Shown here one piece after another: positions 1 through 9,527 of a stretch of 64,000 nucleotides of DNA. The DNA lies in NCBI GenBank assembly GCA_021773195.1, contig JAJFKN010000032.1, positions 18,644 to 82,643 of the forward strand. The letters run 5' to 3'. The translations under genes and the position numbers were made by a program. The stretch is from Gammaproteobacteria bacterium (GTDB lineage: Bacteria > Pseudomonadota > Gammaproteobacteria > JAKBBU01). Numbering within the stretch: position 1 is the stretch's first letter; each line of letters starts with the position of its first letter. The notes below the pieces were generated by a model. That model made no database searches and was not told the DNA's origin. It saw only the letters and a program-made list of their open reading frames with translations.

Positions 1-849
1 CCCCTTTAATAATAATTCATCTGCCATTTGGCCGTAAAAGAATTTCAGACTGAAACTGGGTGTCCAAAAGAAGCTAGGTCGTTTCATGGCTTTGCCTAGG
101 GCTTTAGCAAAATCCCGTTGTTGCAAGCATTGAGGTGAAACCAAGTTTATGGGACCACTTAAGTCTTTTTGCTTAAGAATAAAATCAATGGCTCGGATAA
201 CATCGAGCATGCTGACCCAGCTAAAGGCTTGATGGCCCGATCCTAAAGGCCCACCTAGACCGAAGTAAAAAGGCACTTTTAATTTCTTCAACACTCCGCC
301 GGGCCCTAAAATAACCGCAAAGCGCAAATTAACTACGCGCAACCCTCGTTCGGCCCCATCGTGAGTGGCCACTTCCCAGGCACGAGCCACCTTAGAAACA
401 AAATCGGGGGCATCATTAAAATTAACTTTAGTGTTTTCATCGAGAGCTGGGGGTAAGCCTTTTTTTACAGTTTCTTGTAATCCATAAATGCCGATGGCGC
501 TGGCATTTAATAGTGGTGGGGCTTCATCACCTAAAAGCGTCATGATCCTAACCACGGTTTCTGTGGTGTTGAGTCGACTTTCCATGATTTGCCGTTTGCG
601 TAAATTTTTCCAGGGTTTTTCCCCAATATTGGCGCCGGCTAAATTTACCACCACATCGGATTCCCGACATTCTTCTAGGCCTTTGCTAATGAAGTTTTGC
701 CAATCCATCGCTGTGACCTTTTCGCCAAATATCATGCGTATGGTGCTTTTTCGTCGCCCTACGATGGTGACTTCATAGCCCTGTTGTAGCCAGTGGTGCG
801 CTAAATGTTGGCCCACAAATCCTGTGCCGCCGATGATGATTCGTTTCAT
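1..849 (-). CDS. TIGR01777/YfcH-like NAD-dependent epimerase family protein (3' end outside window; not in ORF track)
   Basis: Minus-strand frame from ATG at 849 reads MKRIIIGGTGFVGQHLAHHW, later VVNLAGANIG, NASAIGIYG, LRFAVILG and GGPLGSGHQAFSWVS, which are family motifs. Confidence 0.85.
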   Translation of the reverse strand, partial: MKRIIIGGTGFVGQHLAHHWLQQGYEVTIVGRRKSTIRMIFGEKVTAMDWQNFISKGLEECRESDVVVNLAGANIGEKPWKNLRKRQIMESRLNTTETVVRIMTLLGDEAPPLLNASAIGIYGLQETVKKGLPPALDENTKVNFNDAPDFVSKVARAWEVATHDGAERGLRVVNLRFAVILGPGGVLKKLKVPFYFGLGGPLGSGHQAFSWVSMLDVIRAIDFILKQKDLSGPINLVSPQCLQQRDFAKALGKAMKRPSFFWTPSFSLKFFYGQMADELLLKG

Positions 850-938
850 AAAAATTGTCCCATTGTCCTTTTATTAAAATGTTTGGTTCCTGGTGTTCCA
901 GAGTGGATATACGCTTCTAGCGGATATCCACGGGTATT

Positions 939-1059
939 ATCAATGTCGTACCTCCGATCCCATTTTTCCAAACACGCCGTTAATACATCCCTGTAGGCTC
1001 GGATGCGGCATCCCTGCCGTATACGGTTTGTAAAAATGGGATCCTCGGTTGACATTGAT
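939..1059. repeat. Palindromic dispersed element, copy 1 (ATCCCT double-loop family)
   Basis: Arms ATCAATGTC..GATCCCATTTTTCCAAAC / GTTTGTAAAAATGGGATC..GACATTGAT enclose a core shared with 8488-8603 and 20400-20503. Confidence 0.85.
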
Positions 1060-1077
1060 TGTTTGCGTTCAACTTAA

Positions 1078-2385
1078 TCACAACCTACTACCAACCTCCT
1101 GTAACACTGTATCAAAAGCCTCTAAAGTTTTATCCAAAATTTCTTGGTTATGTTGATTAGATATAAATCCTGCCTCGAAAGCCGATGGTGCGAAATACAC
1201 GCCTTCTTTTAGCATGCCTTTATAGAAGGCTTTAAATAAGTCTTGGTTAGCATTTTTCACCTGTTCAAAATGAGTAATCTCATCTTCATCACTGAAGAAC
1301 ATACCGAACATGGAGCCTGCTTGGTTATAAGTAAAGGGCACCTGGTGTTTGTCGGCAATTTCTTGCATGTTGCTTAAAAGGTAACTGGTGCATTCTTCGA
1401 GGTTTTCATAAAAGTCTTCTTCTTCGAAGATGCATTGCAAAGTGGTTAACCCCGCGGCCATAGCTACGGGGTTGCCCGATAGGGTGCCCGCTTGATAGAC
1501 CGGTCCTGTGGGTGCTAGTTGCTGCATCAGTTCTGTCTTTCCGCCTAGGGCGCCTACGGGCATGCCACCGCCAATTATTTTTCCAAGGGTGGTTAAATCG
1601 GGTATGACGTTATAGCGTTGTTGTGCCGTGCCAGGACTCATACGAAAGCCTGACATGACTTCATCCATGATGAATATCGCTTGGTGTTTATCACACAGCG
1701 CGCGCAATCCCGGTAAAAAATCAGCTGTGGGTGGGATGCAATTCATATTGCCGGCAACGCCTTCTACAATAATTGCAGCGATGTCATGGGGGTATTCTTC
1801 AAATAGGGCTGCTACGGAGCTTAAATCATTGTAGGTGGCTACCAAAGTATCTTCGGTGACATGTGCCGGCACTCCAGCAGAGCTGGGTTGTCCCATGGTT
1901 AATTGGCCTGAGCCGCCTTTCACCAGTAAGGCATCACTGTGCCCATGGTATCCACCATCAAATTTAATAAATTTATTACGCCCCGTTTTGCCGCGAGCTA
2001 ATCGAATGGCGGTCATGGTGGCTTCGGTTCCTGAGTTCACCATGCGTACCTGTTGCAGAGAAGGAATATGCTGGCAAAGAAATTCGGCCATAGTGACTTC
2101 AATTTCCGTACAAGCACCAAAGCTTAACCCGTTATTGGCGACAGTTTTAAAGGCTTCTAAAACTTTGGGATGGGCGTGCCCCAGAATCAGTGGTCCCCAA
2201 GAACCCACATAATCGATGTAACGCTTGCCATCCACATCAAAAAGATAGGCACCTTCACCGCGGGCAAAAAACAGCGGATCGCAATCCACACTGTTAAAAG
2301 ATCGAACGGGAGAATTGACTCCGCCGGGCATGCAAATTTTAGCTCTTTTACTGAGGGTCACGGATTGATTCATTAGGGTCTCCAT
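1078..2385 (-). CDS. hemL: Glutamate-1-semialdehyde 2,1-aminomutase
   Basis: PGGVNSPVR, SGTEATM, DEVMSGFR, GKIIGGGMP and YQAGTLSGNP motifs. Confidence 0.97.
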   Translation of the reverse strand: METLMNQSVTLSKRAKICMPGGVNSPVRSFNSVDCDPLFFARGEGAYLFDVDGKRYIDYVGSWGPLILGHAHPKVLEAFKTVANNGLSFGACTEIEVTMAEFLCQHIPSLQQVRMVNSGTEATMTAIRLARGKTGRNKFIKFDGGYHGHSDALLVKGGSGQLTMGQPSSAGVPAHVTEDTLVATYNDLSSVAALFEEYPHDIAAIIVEGVAGNMNCIPPTADFLPGLRALCDKHQAIFIMDEVMSGFRMSPGTAQQRYNVIPDLTTLGKIIGGGMPVGALGGKTELMQQLAPTGPVYQAGTLSGNPVAMAAGLTTLQCIFEEEDFYENLEECTSYLLSNMQEIADKHQVPFTYNQAGSMFGMFFSDEDEITHFEQVKNANQDLFKAFYKGMLKEGVYFAPSAFEAGFISNQHNQEILDKTLEAFDTVLQEVGSRL

Positions 2386-2472
2386 AATGGGGCTGCCACA
2401 TTATATCGAGTCAAGCATCCAAAGTGCACCCTTTATGATATAATCTCGCCTTTGAACAATAGCAGACCAATT

Positions 2473-2901
2473 ATGACTAATTTTCAAACTTTTGTGTCCC
2501 ACAATCTGATATGGGTGGGGCTTTTCGTCGTGGTGCTAGCCGCGTTGATTTTTAATGAACTGCGTGGTCGAGCCGGTGGTTTGAAACCCTTGGATCCACA
2601 ACAAGCCACTCATTTAATCAACCGTGAGAATGCGTTGATTTTGGATATTCGCGATGTTGGGAGTTTCCAGCAAGGCCATATCGCTAATGCCCATAATATC
2701 CCCAAGGGTGATACCTCTAAAAAGGCTAAGAAGCTTAATCGCTACAAAGATAAGCCGGTTTTGTTAGTGGATAGGACGGGACAGCAAGTGAGTAAGGTGG
2801 CTAATGACTTGAAAAAACAAGGATTTTCTCAGCTGGCCTACCTGAAGGGAGGGATAAGTGCTTGGCAAGGAGCAAGTTTTCCTTTAGTTAAGGGCAAATA
2901 A
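2473..2901 (+). CDS. Membrane-anchored rhodanese-like protein (YibN-like)
   Basis: N-terminal TM helix, LDIR..F..GHI and L.GG..AW motifs; conserved position before grxC-secB. Confidence 0.88.
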   Translation: MTNFQTFVSHNLIWVGLFVVVLAALIFNELRGRAGGLKPLDPQQATHLINRENALILDIRDVGSFQQGHIANAHNIPKGDTSKKAKKLNRYKDKPVLLVDRTGQQVSKVANDLKKQGFSQLAYLKGGISAWQGASFPLVKGK

Positions 2902-2939
2902 GCCGAAAACCTATTGCAGCCTGTATTTGGGAGTAGAAA

Positions 2940-3203
2940 GTGTCGAAGATTGAGATATATAGTAAACCAACCTGCCCCTATTGTGTGCGGGCTTTAAACC
3001 TGTTAGAAAAGAAGGGCTTGGCTTATAGCGAGATTAACCTTTTGGACGAGCCGCAACGCCATCAGGAAATGTTGGATCGCGCTGAAGGCCGCCATACGGT
3101 CCCGCAAATTTTTATCGACGGTAAAGGCGTTGGTGGTTGCGATGAGTTGTTTGCCTTGGATGCATCGGGGCAATTGGATAAATTATTGAAATGTACGCAG
3201 TAG
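2940..3203 (+). CDS. grxC: Glutaredoxin 3
   Basis: CPYC, TVPQIFI and GGCD motifs. Confidence 0.95.
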   Translation: MSKIEIYSKPTCPYCVRALNLLEKKGLAYSEINLLDEPQRHQEMLDRAEGRHTVPQIFIDGKGVGGCDELFALDASGQLDKLLKCTQ

Positions 3204-3241
3204 TTATTTAGGTAACGAGATTGAAAGAGGAGCTCTAAATC

Positions 3242-3775
3242 ATGGCAAAGAAAGACAAACAGGATAGGCAGGACAAGCAAGCGGAAGAAGTGAAAGCGGG
3301 TGCTGAAGGCGACCGTCCTGAATTTATCATCCAACGCTTGTACGTGAAAGATATTTCCTATGAAGCGCCTAAGACACCAGCCATCTTTAAAGATGAATGG
3401 AAACCTGAGGTGAGCTTGGATTTGCAAACCAACAGTTCTGTGGTGGAAAGCAATGTTCATGAAGTTGTTTTACACTTAACTGTGACTGTAAAAATGGCGG
3501 ATCAAACGGCATTTTTGGTGGAAGTGAAACAAGCGGGTATTTTCACCATTAAAGGCATTGAAGGGGACCAATTGAAACATACCCTCGGCAGTTATTGCCC
3601 TGGTGTGATTTTCCCTTACGCTCGGGAAACGGTTTCCGATGTGGTCATACGCGGTGGATTCCCCCAATTGAATTTAGCCCCCATCAACTTTGATGCGCTA
3701 TATAATCAATACATGCAACAACAAGCTGAGCAAGAGGCCAAGAAAGGCGGCGACCAAGAAGAAGTCCGTCACTAG
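3242..3775 (+). CDS. secB: Protein export chaperone SecB
   Basis: [19 protein letters not shown] and [13 protein letters not shown]. Confidence 0.97.
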   Translation: MAKKDKQDRQDKQAEEVKAGAEGDRPEFIIQRLYVKDISYEAPKTPAIFKDEWKPEVSLDLQTNSSVVESNVHEVVLHLTVTVKMADQTAFLVEVKQAGIFTIKGIEGDQLKHTLGSYCPGVIFPYARETVSDVVIRGGFPQLNLAPINFDALYNQYMQQQAEQEAKKGGDQEEVRH

Positions 3776-3786
3776 TAGGGAATACT

Positions 3787-4782
3787 ATGCATGACACAAT
3801 GGCCGTACTCGGGGCTGGTTCCTGGGGTACGGCACTTGCTATTCATCTTGCCAAAACTGGCCAACCCATTAATCTATGGGGTTGGCGCGCCGATGAATTA
3901 TCTGAAATGGCAACCAAGGGCGAAAATAATGTTTATTTGCCTGGTATCCCCTTCCCTGAATCCATCAGGTTACAGCCTAATTTATCTACAGCCCTTGCAG
4001 GGGTGAAAGATATCATGGTGGCTGTACCCAGTGTGGGTTTTGCCAGTACCTTGCAACAGGTCAAAGCTTTAGGGGATGCACCGCGACGCATTCTCTGGGT
4101 AACCAAAGGATTGGATCCTAAAAAACATTGTTTATTGCATCAAATAGTTCAAGAAACCTTTGGCAAAGACATTCCTATGGCGGTTTTATCGGGCCCCTCT
4201 TTTGCCAAAGAAGTAGCTATGGGTTTACCAACGGCCATTACCTTAGCCAGTCACGATGAAGCCTTTACGGCGGATTTAGTGTCTCGCTTTCACCATGATT
4301 TATTTCGCGTTTATACCTGTGATGATTTAGTGGGTGTGCAATTAGGTAGTGCGATAAAGAATGTAATCGCTGTGGCTGCGGGTATCAGCGATGGCTTAGG
4401 CTTTGGTGCCAATGCACGCTCTGCCATTATTACCCGGGGTTTGGCCGAGATGGTGCGTTTGGGTTTAGCCTTAGGTGGTAAGCCACAAACTTTTATGGGC
4501 CTAGCGGGCATGGGCGATTTAGTGTTAACTTGTACCGACGACCAATCGCGCAACCGCCGTTTTGGTTTGCAATTGGGACAGGGGAAAAATGCACAACAAG
4601 CCATCGATGACATTGGTCAGGTGGTAGAATCCGCTGATAATGCATTACTGGTGCTGCAATTAGCGCGGGATAATAACATTGATATGCCCATCACCCATGA
4701 CGTTTGCCGTGTTATTGGGGGGGAAATATCAGCGCGGGATGCTGTAGTGTCTTTGATGTCGCGGGCGCCTAAGGGCGAATGA
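3787..4782 (+). CDS. gpsA: NAD(P)H-dependent glycerol-3-phosphate dehydrogenase
   Basis: GAGSWGTALA, SGPSFA and GDLVLTC..SRN. Confidence 0.97.
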   Translation: MHDTMAVLGAGSWGTALAIHLAKTGQPINLWGWRADELSEMATKGENNVYLPGIPFPESIRLQPNLSTALAGVKDIMVAVPSVGFASTLQQVKALGDAPRRILWVTKGLDPKKHCLLHQIVQETFGKDIPMAVLSGPSFAKEVAMGLPTAITLASHDEAFTADLVSRFHHDLFRVYTCDDLVGVQLGSAIKNVIAVAAGISDGLGFGANARSAIITRGLAEMVRLGLALGGKPQTFMGLAGMGDLVLTCTDDQSRNRRFGLQLGQGKNAQQAIDDIGQVVESADNALLVLQLARDNNIDMPITHDVCRVIGGEISARDAVVSLMSRAPKGE

Positions 4783-4916
4783 CATTTCTACTATGTCGGC
4801 CATATCTTGTAGACTTGCTGTGTTTCGCTGCTCATTTACTTCCATGTAAACTGCGCTGCGATACTCACAAATCAAGAACTTATATCTTGACCTAGCAAAA
4901 TGGCAACAGACCCTTA
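4770..4916. mobile_element. Degenerate MITE-like element overlapping the gpsA stop codon
   Basis: Imperfect terminal IRs TAAGGG-CGAATGACATTT / AAATGGCAACAGACCCTTA; internal palindrome GCTCATTTAC-TTCCAT-GTAAACTGCGC. Confidence 0.45.
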
Positions 4917-4925
4917 ATTCTTATT

Positions 4926-5381
4926 CTATTTGAAATCTAACTGTCGCCAGGCTTCGTAGAGAATGATGGCTACGGAATTGGAGAGATTTAAACTGCGGCT
5001 GTTAGATACCATGGGGATTCGAATCACTTGCTCGGGGGGCAAGGATTGCAGAATCTCTCTCGGTAAGCCACGGGTCTCTGGCCCGAAGAGCAAACAATCA
5101 CCCGCTTGATAAGTCACGTCAGCATAATTAGCTGTACCCTTGGTGGAGCAAGCAAAAATGCGTTGGTTTGCCATGCCGCTGGTGAACGTCGCATAATTCT
5201 TATGTTCTGTTACTGTAGCTAATGCTTTATAATCCAATCCTGCACGGCGGAGTTTTTTATCGTCCATTCTAAAGCCCAAGGGATGAATTAAATGCAAGCG
5301 CGAGCCGCTGTTGGCGCATAAGCGGATGATATTACCCGTATTAGGCGGGATTTCTGGTTCGTAAAGTGCAATCTGTAACAT
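4926..5381 (-). CDS. trmL: tRNA (cytidine/uridine 34)-2'-O-methyltransferase
   Basis: [29 protein letters not shown] and RSLNLSN. Confidence 0.96.
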   Translation of the reverse strand: MLQIALYEPEIPPNTGNIIRLCANSGSRLHLIHPLGFRMDDKKLRRAGLDYKALATVTEHKNYATFTSGMANQRIFACSTKGTANYADVTYQAGDCLLFGPETRGLPREILQSLPPEQVIRIPMVSNSRSLNLSNSVAIILYEAWRQLDFK

Positions 5382-5409
5382 AGCATTATCATACCCTGCT
5401 AGGTAAGCT

Positions 5410-5464
5410 TTGACAAAGGCTTGTTAACCCCTTAGAGTGCAGACACACGGATAGGGACGTCTGT
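5410..5464 (+). promoter_or_regulatory. Sigma70-like promoter followed by a hairpin with ACGGA/AGGGA (possible CsrA sites)
   Basis: TTGACA-17nt-TAGAGT, then GCAGAC-ACACGGATAGGGAC-GTCTGT. Confidence 0.5.
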
Positions 5465-5564
5465 ATATAATAAGATTACCTCCCTACCATACCTTAAAAA
5501 TGAGACCATCTTGGATGCATGTAATGCATTCCAGGATCTCGTAAAGAATAAAGAGAGTTGGCTT

Positions 5565-6698
5565 ATGCTAAGAAATACAGAAGAACAAGACATCGATCAA
5601 CTGATTGAAGCTGTTAGCCAAGGAAAATCGACGTCAACAGAACTGGACTTTTCAGAAAAGGTTATCGACGTGCCTGATCAAGAACGACTAGTTAGTGAGC
5701 TTATCTACAATCAACAGATAATCAGCCTAAGTTTTAGTCGTCAAACTCTGGGTGGGGGCCTCTTCGATCTTTTACAGAGAATGTTAGGGAAAAATGAGAC
5801 TTTAACCACACTTAATTTAAGTCGTACTAGAATGACCAGAAAACAATGGCAATCATTATTAACAGGCCTTAAAAAGAATCACACTCTAACGACCTTGAAT
5901 GTATCTCATAATCCAGATTTAGTTGTGACAGAAGCAATGTTGCAGGATCTTTTTCATGTCAATCGCAGGAGTGCATTGCGAACTATTAATTTAGAAGGCA
6001 CGGCCTCAACAGGCGTGCAACGAATCTATAGTGCGCTTCAAGCCTTTCATAAAGGTGTTCCGCAAGCCTACGGCGGGAAATCCATGGCATTGTTCGGAGG
6101 GGCATCTCCTTCCACAGAATCTGATGATGTTCAATCCCATCATATCATTGTAAGTGTTGATGTTGTCACTAAGAGGCTACAGGCAAATGAGGAAGATTTA
6201 ATGGCGCTGGACCTCTCCGGCCGAGACCTCACTAATGAAGAAGTCTGCGCTATTGCAGAAACCTTGAAAACCAATACCCATTTAAAACGTTTAAATTTAA
6301 GCAATAATAGTTTTGGATTATTAGGTATCAGAGCGCTGATTGAAGCGCTTAAAGAAAACACTATCCTAGAAGCTATTTCCATAAAAAACACAACAGCCTT
6401 GGATCTGATGACCTGCCGTCGTGTCCTTAAGATGCCAGATGCTAGTGTCCCAGAGGAACTAAGGAATGCTTGGTCGGTGCTCGAAGACAGCGGCCTGGCT
6501 TTGTTGGAGGCTAATCACACCCTGCAAGTTTTTTATATGGATGTAGATGAAGAGATAAAAATCTTATTAGGCGCAATAGAAGGCAAACTGGCTGAGCGAA
6601 GTGGTGCCATTGATCTTAAAGCTTACTTTAGCGACCCTGATTTATGGCCTGTTAAAAAGCAGAATTCAGACGATAATAATGGTTGCCGGATTTGTTAA
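5565..6698 (+). CDS. Ribonuclease-inhibitor-type leucine-rich repeat protein with C-terminal CaaX-like box; putative secreted effector
   Basis: Repeats NxTLTTLNLS, NTHLKRLNLSNN and LDLSG; ends GCRIC*; ATG 5565 follows GAGAG. Confidence 0.75.
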   Translation: MLRNTEEQDIDQLIEAVSQGKSTSTELDFSEKVIDVPDQERLVSELIYNQQIISLSFSRQTLGGGLFDLLQRMLGKNETLTTLNLSRTRMTRKQWQSLLTGLKKNHTLTTLNVSHNPDLVVTEAMLQDLFHVNRRSALRTINLEGTASTGVQRIYSALQAFHKGVPQAYGGKSMALFGGASPSTESDDVQSHHIIVSVDVVTKRLQANEEDLMALDLSGRDLTNEEVCAIAETLKTNTHLKRLNLSNNSFGLLGIRALIEALKENTILEAISIKNTTALDLMTCRRVLKMPDASVPEELRNAWSVLEDSGLALLEANHTLQVFYMDVDEEIKILLGAIEGKLAERSGAIDLKAYFSDPDLWPVKKQNSDDNNGCRIC

Positions 6699-6702
6699 TA
6701 CT

Positions 6703-7521
6703 TTATGACTGTTGTACTTCTGATGAGGGTTGTTTTTGGTACAACCAAGAAAACAAATCGGGTAATTCTTGCCAGTAAAGATTCAGTGGAGGGAGGTCAG
6801 ACAATTGATGGGCCAACATATTTTCCCAGCTAATGGCGAGCTCCTCATATTTTCTATGATTTTTCATTCGTTCCATAGTGGGCACGGGAAGTTTTTTGTA
6901 AGCACATTTCTTTTTTAGTACATTAAAGACATCCTGAGATTTGAGTTCAGGAGGTGAACTCCGGTAGAGATGTATTACATCATATAAATCTCTAGGTCTG
7001 GCTCGCTTGCTCAATGCACGAATTTTTTCTGCAAAAATTTCCTGATAGCCATAACAAATGGCTTTAGTATCAGGCATATCTGAATAAGGGTGATGAACAT
7101 CGCGTGTTACTGGTGGCAATACAAGGAGTTCATCAGCTGTGAGATCAAACTTTATTCTTACGGGATCACCTTGGCGCTGTAAAGGTCCAATATAACCCAT
7201 TTTGCCTTCAATGGAATTTTTCTTATTCTTGTTTTGATACATTTTAAATTGAATGGTATTTTCTGGTATTTCTATACCTGATTCCTCATGCATCCATTGT
7301 GAAATATCCTTAAATGTGTTCGTTAAAAAATCTTCATTTATGTGTTGATAGTTTCTCAGCGTATAATCAAGATCTTCAGAGAATCGATATTTTCGGAAGT
7401 AACACTTTTTTAGACAGGTGCCACCTTTAAAGACCCATTGATCAAATAAATCTTTTTCCACAATATTTGCCGTTAGTCCGAATTCCCGAGCTTTATCTAG
7501 GAGCTCGTGTGAAGTAATCAT
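6703..7521 (-). CDS. AbiEii/AbiGii nucleotidyltransferase toxin (type IV TA), apparent in-frame N-terminal deletion
   Basis: FKGGTCLKK, RFSEDLD, EKIRAL and RPRDLYD motifs. Confidence 0.88.
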   Translation of the reverse strand: MITSHELLDKAREFGLTANIVEKDLFDQWVFKGGTCLKKCYFRKYRFSEDLDYTLRNYQHINEDFLTNTFKDISQWMHEESGIEIPENTIQFKMYQNKNKKNSIEGKMGYIGPLQRQGDPVRIKFDLTADELLVLPPVTRDVHHPYSDMPDTKAICYGYQEIFAEKIRALSKRARPRDLYDVIHLYRSSPPELKSQDVFNVLKKKCAYKKLPVPTMERMKNHRKYEELAISWENMLAHQLSDLPPLNLYWQELPDLFSWLYQKQPSSEVQQS

Positions 7522-7558
7522 GTAGGTACTCCTAACTTAGGGGCTGTTTACAATCCCA

Positions 7559-8359
7559 CTAGTATTTCCACCTCTCAGGCACCCATAACTTCCAGCGAGT
7601 AACTAATTTATTATTATTCAATTCAGGGTCAAGTTTTGCTTTGCTATTGGTTAAGTGCTCTTTACAATAATGGATGTATTTCTTTTCGATTGCGGAATCT
7701 CGTTCCATCAAAAAACCGAGGCGTTTAAATACCGTTCCATTATTTAATTTACGAGCATAATGAAACAGGGTATCAAGTTCTGTATGTTCTGACTTTAGAT
7801 AGTTCGATAGTACATCAGCAACGTGTTCTATACCACCACCAATATTCGGCGTATTTATTAAATCGATAATTGTTTTGGACGGGTCAGAGATTTTTATTTT
7901 GATTTGCCCACGCCACAGGCTCTTTAAGCCAAAGAAAGTATTTTCGGGAATCTTATGTAATAGGAAGCGAGTGTTTTTAATGGTAATATTTTTATTACGT
8001 TGTTTTTGTTTAGTGAATACAACAACGGTACTAAAGAGCTGCTCAGTCAACCCCCAATATTCTGCGGCACTCCAGCCTGCGATGTAGCAGGGAGCATACA
8101 GTTTGGTTGCGACAATAAAAGGATCTTCCAGTGTTATATCGCTGTCTATGGCTTCCAGTGGGACAGGAATATAAATGCCAGCTTTGATGCGTGATAGCCA
8201 ACCTTTGGTAGCATAGCGGGCCAATAGGGTAGAGGCCCTATGCTGGGATATGTCCAAAATGTTGGAGGCTTCTTTTGCTGTTATAGTGTAGGTCGTACCA
8301 CGAAGTAGTAGTGTTAGCCTTTCACGATCTAATTTGCCGATGCCCAAAGGTCTGCCCAT
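7559..8359 (-). CDS. AbiEi family antitoxin / transcriptional regulator
   Basis: N-terminal wHTH (GWLSRIKAGIY), YIAGWSAAEYWGLTEQ and ISDPSKTIID; lies upstream of the AbiEii gene. Confidence 0.88.
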   Translation of the reverse strand: MGRPLGIGKLDRERLTLLLRGTTYTITAKEASNILDISQHRASTLLARYATKGWLSRIKAGIYIPVPLEAIDSDITLEDPFIVATKLYAPCYIAGWSAAEYWGLTEQLFSTVVVFTKQKQRNKNITIKNTRFLLHKIPENTFFGLKSLWRGQIKIKISDPSKTIIDLINTPNIGGGIEHVADVLSNYLKSEHTELDTLFHYARKLNNGTVFKRLGFLMERDSAIEKKYIHYCKEHLTNSKAKLDPELNNNKLVTRWKLWVPERWKY

Positions 8360-8360
8360 A

Positions 8361-8417
8361 GTACCTCTCGGGTGTATTTTTAAATTGATAATATGTATTA
8401 TAGCACCTAGGAGGCAC
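8361..8417 (-). promoter_or_regulatory. Extended -10 promoter and imperfect inverted repeat upstream of abiEi (possible autorepression operator)
   Basis: Minus strand TGcTATAAT; GTACCTCTCGGGTG vs CACCTAGGAGGCAC match 10/14 as an IR. Confidence 0.4.
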
Positions 8418-8487
8418 TCATTGCCATCTTTTTACGGGCAGGCATAATCCTTTGAAAATATTGATGTTTGATATCCTCAGGTCTTTA

Positions 8488-8603
8488 ATGCCGACGCGGA
8501 GAGCAGTTTTGCAAACCTTAAGCAGCAGGGATGCTGATTAAGAGCCCCCAGGGATGGGATGGGTTCACGGCGTGTTTGCAAAACTGCTCTTCGACGTCGG
8601 CAT
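8488..8603. repeat. Palindromic dispersed element, copy 2 (inverted relative to copies 1 and 3)
   Basis: ~29-bp IR ATGCCGACGCGGAGAGCAGTTTTGCAAAC / GTTTGCAAAACTGCTCTTCGACGTCGGCAT around a core with two CAGGGATG motifs. Confidence 0.85.
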
Positions 8604-8615
8604 GGATAAAGCCAG

Positions 8616-9527
8616 TTATTGTTCCACCGCTTCACCGATGTAATTCACATCGGGCGTCGCTTCAGGTGTTACGGTATCTTTGGCTGTTTGCGAAGAGCCT
8701 TTCCAAATGATGTATGGATTTTGCTTAATACCCATTTGATGACTCAATTCCACTTGGTAATTACGATGTTGCAAGTAAGCATCGCGGATGAAGGCATAAT
8801 CGTCCACGGAGATTTGCTTACGCAGTTCTTCATTCTCCAGGAGATTTGCTCTCAAGTTAACAATATCCACACCCAACAGAGCATAACGTAGATACCAAGG
8901 ATTGATATAAGTCCAAGCCGAGATGGTGAAGAAGTCAATGGGCAGTGCAATGGCATCACGAATGGTGCTAGGGCCCAAGAGTGGGATCACAAAATAGGTG
9001 GAATTGGTCCAACCCCATTTAGCGAAGGTGATCCCCATATCTGTACGATGGTGTTTTAAGCCTGTTTTCGCAGCCACATCAAACAAACCACCAATACCAA
9101 CGGTGCTGTTGATAGCAAAGCGCCAAAAATCCGCGGTGGCTTGATAAAGATTCAATTGTAAAACATCATTGGTGAAAGTGGGGATCTCATCCAGGTTATT
9201 ATAAAAATTGGTTACCCGGGCACGGGCATAACTGGGCACAACAAAACGGTAGCCTTCAGCTACTGGTTTCATAACAAAGGTATCTACCCCATCATTGAAA
9301 TCAAAAAACAATTTATTGGAGTAAATCAAAGGGTCTTTGGTTTCACTCGCTAATACCTCGTCGAATAAATCATCCTCGTCACGGGTTGTGGGTACGCCTT
9401 GAATGGTGGTCTGCAAGGTGGTGGACACAATAGGCGTTTGTGCCTGAGCTGCAAAAGGCATGCAAGCAATGGTAGCTGCCATGGAAGAAATAAAAAGTGT
9501 GGTACAGTGTTGTCTTAATGTTTTCAA
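8616..9527 (-). CDS. mlaA: MlaA/VacJ family outer-membrane lipid asymmetry protein
   Basis: RFAINSTVGIGGLFDVA, DMGITF..WG, PLLGPSTIRD and YAFIRDAYLQ. Confidence 0.9.
   Translation of the reverse strand: MKTLRQHCTTLFISSMAATIACMPFAAQAQTPIVSTTLQTTIQGVPTTRDEDDLFDEVLASETKDPLIYSNKLFFDFNDGVDTFVMKPVAEGYRFVVPSYARARVTNFYNNLDEIPTFTNDVLQLNLYQATADFWRFAINSTVGIGGLFDVAAKTGLKHHRTDMGITFAKWGWTNSTYFVIPLLGPSTIRDAIALPIDFFTISAWTYINPWYLRYALLGVDIVNLRANLLENEELRKQISVDDYAFIRDAYLQHRNYQVELSHQMGIKQNPYIIWKGSSQTAKDTVTPEATPDVNYIGEAVEQ

Noticed and set aside
846-1055. 69-aa ORF, and the 41-aa N-terminal extension of the nitrilase ORF (20426-20551)
   Set aside because: Both are translations of the palindromic element; the nitrilase has a better start with an SD at 20552
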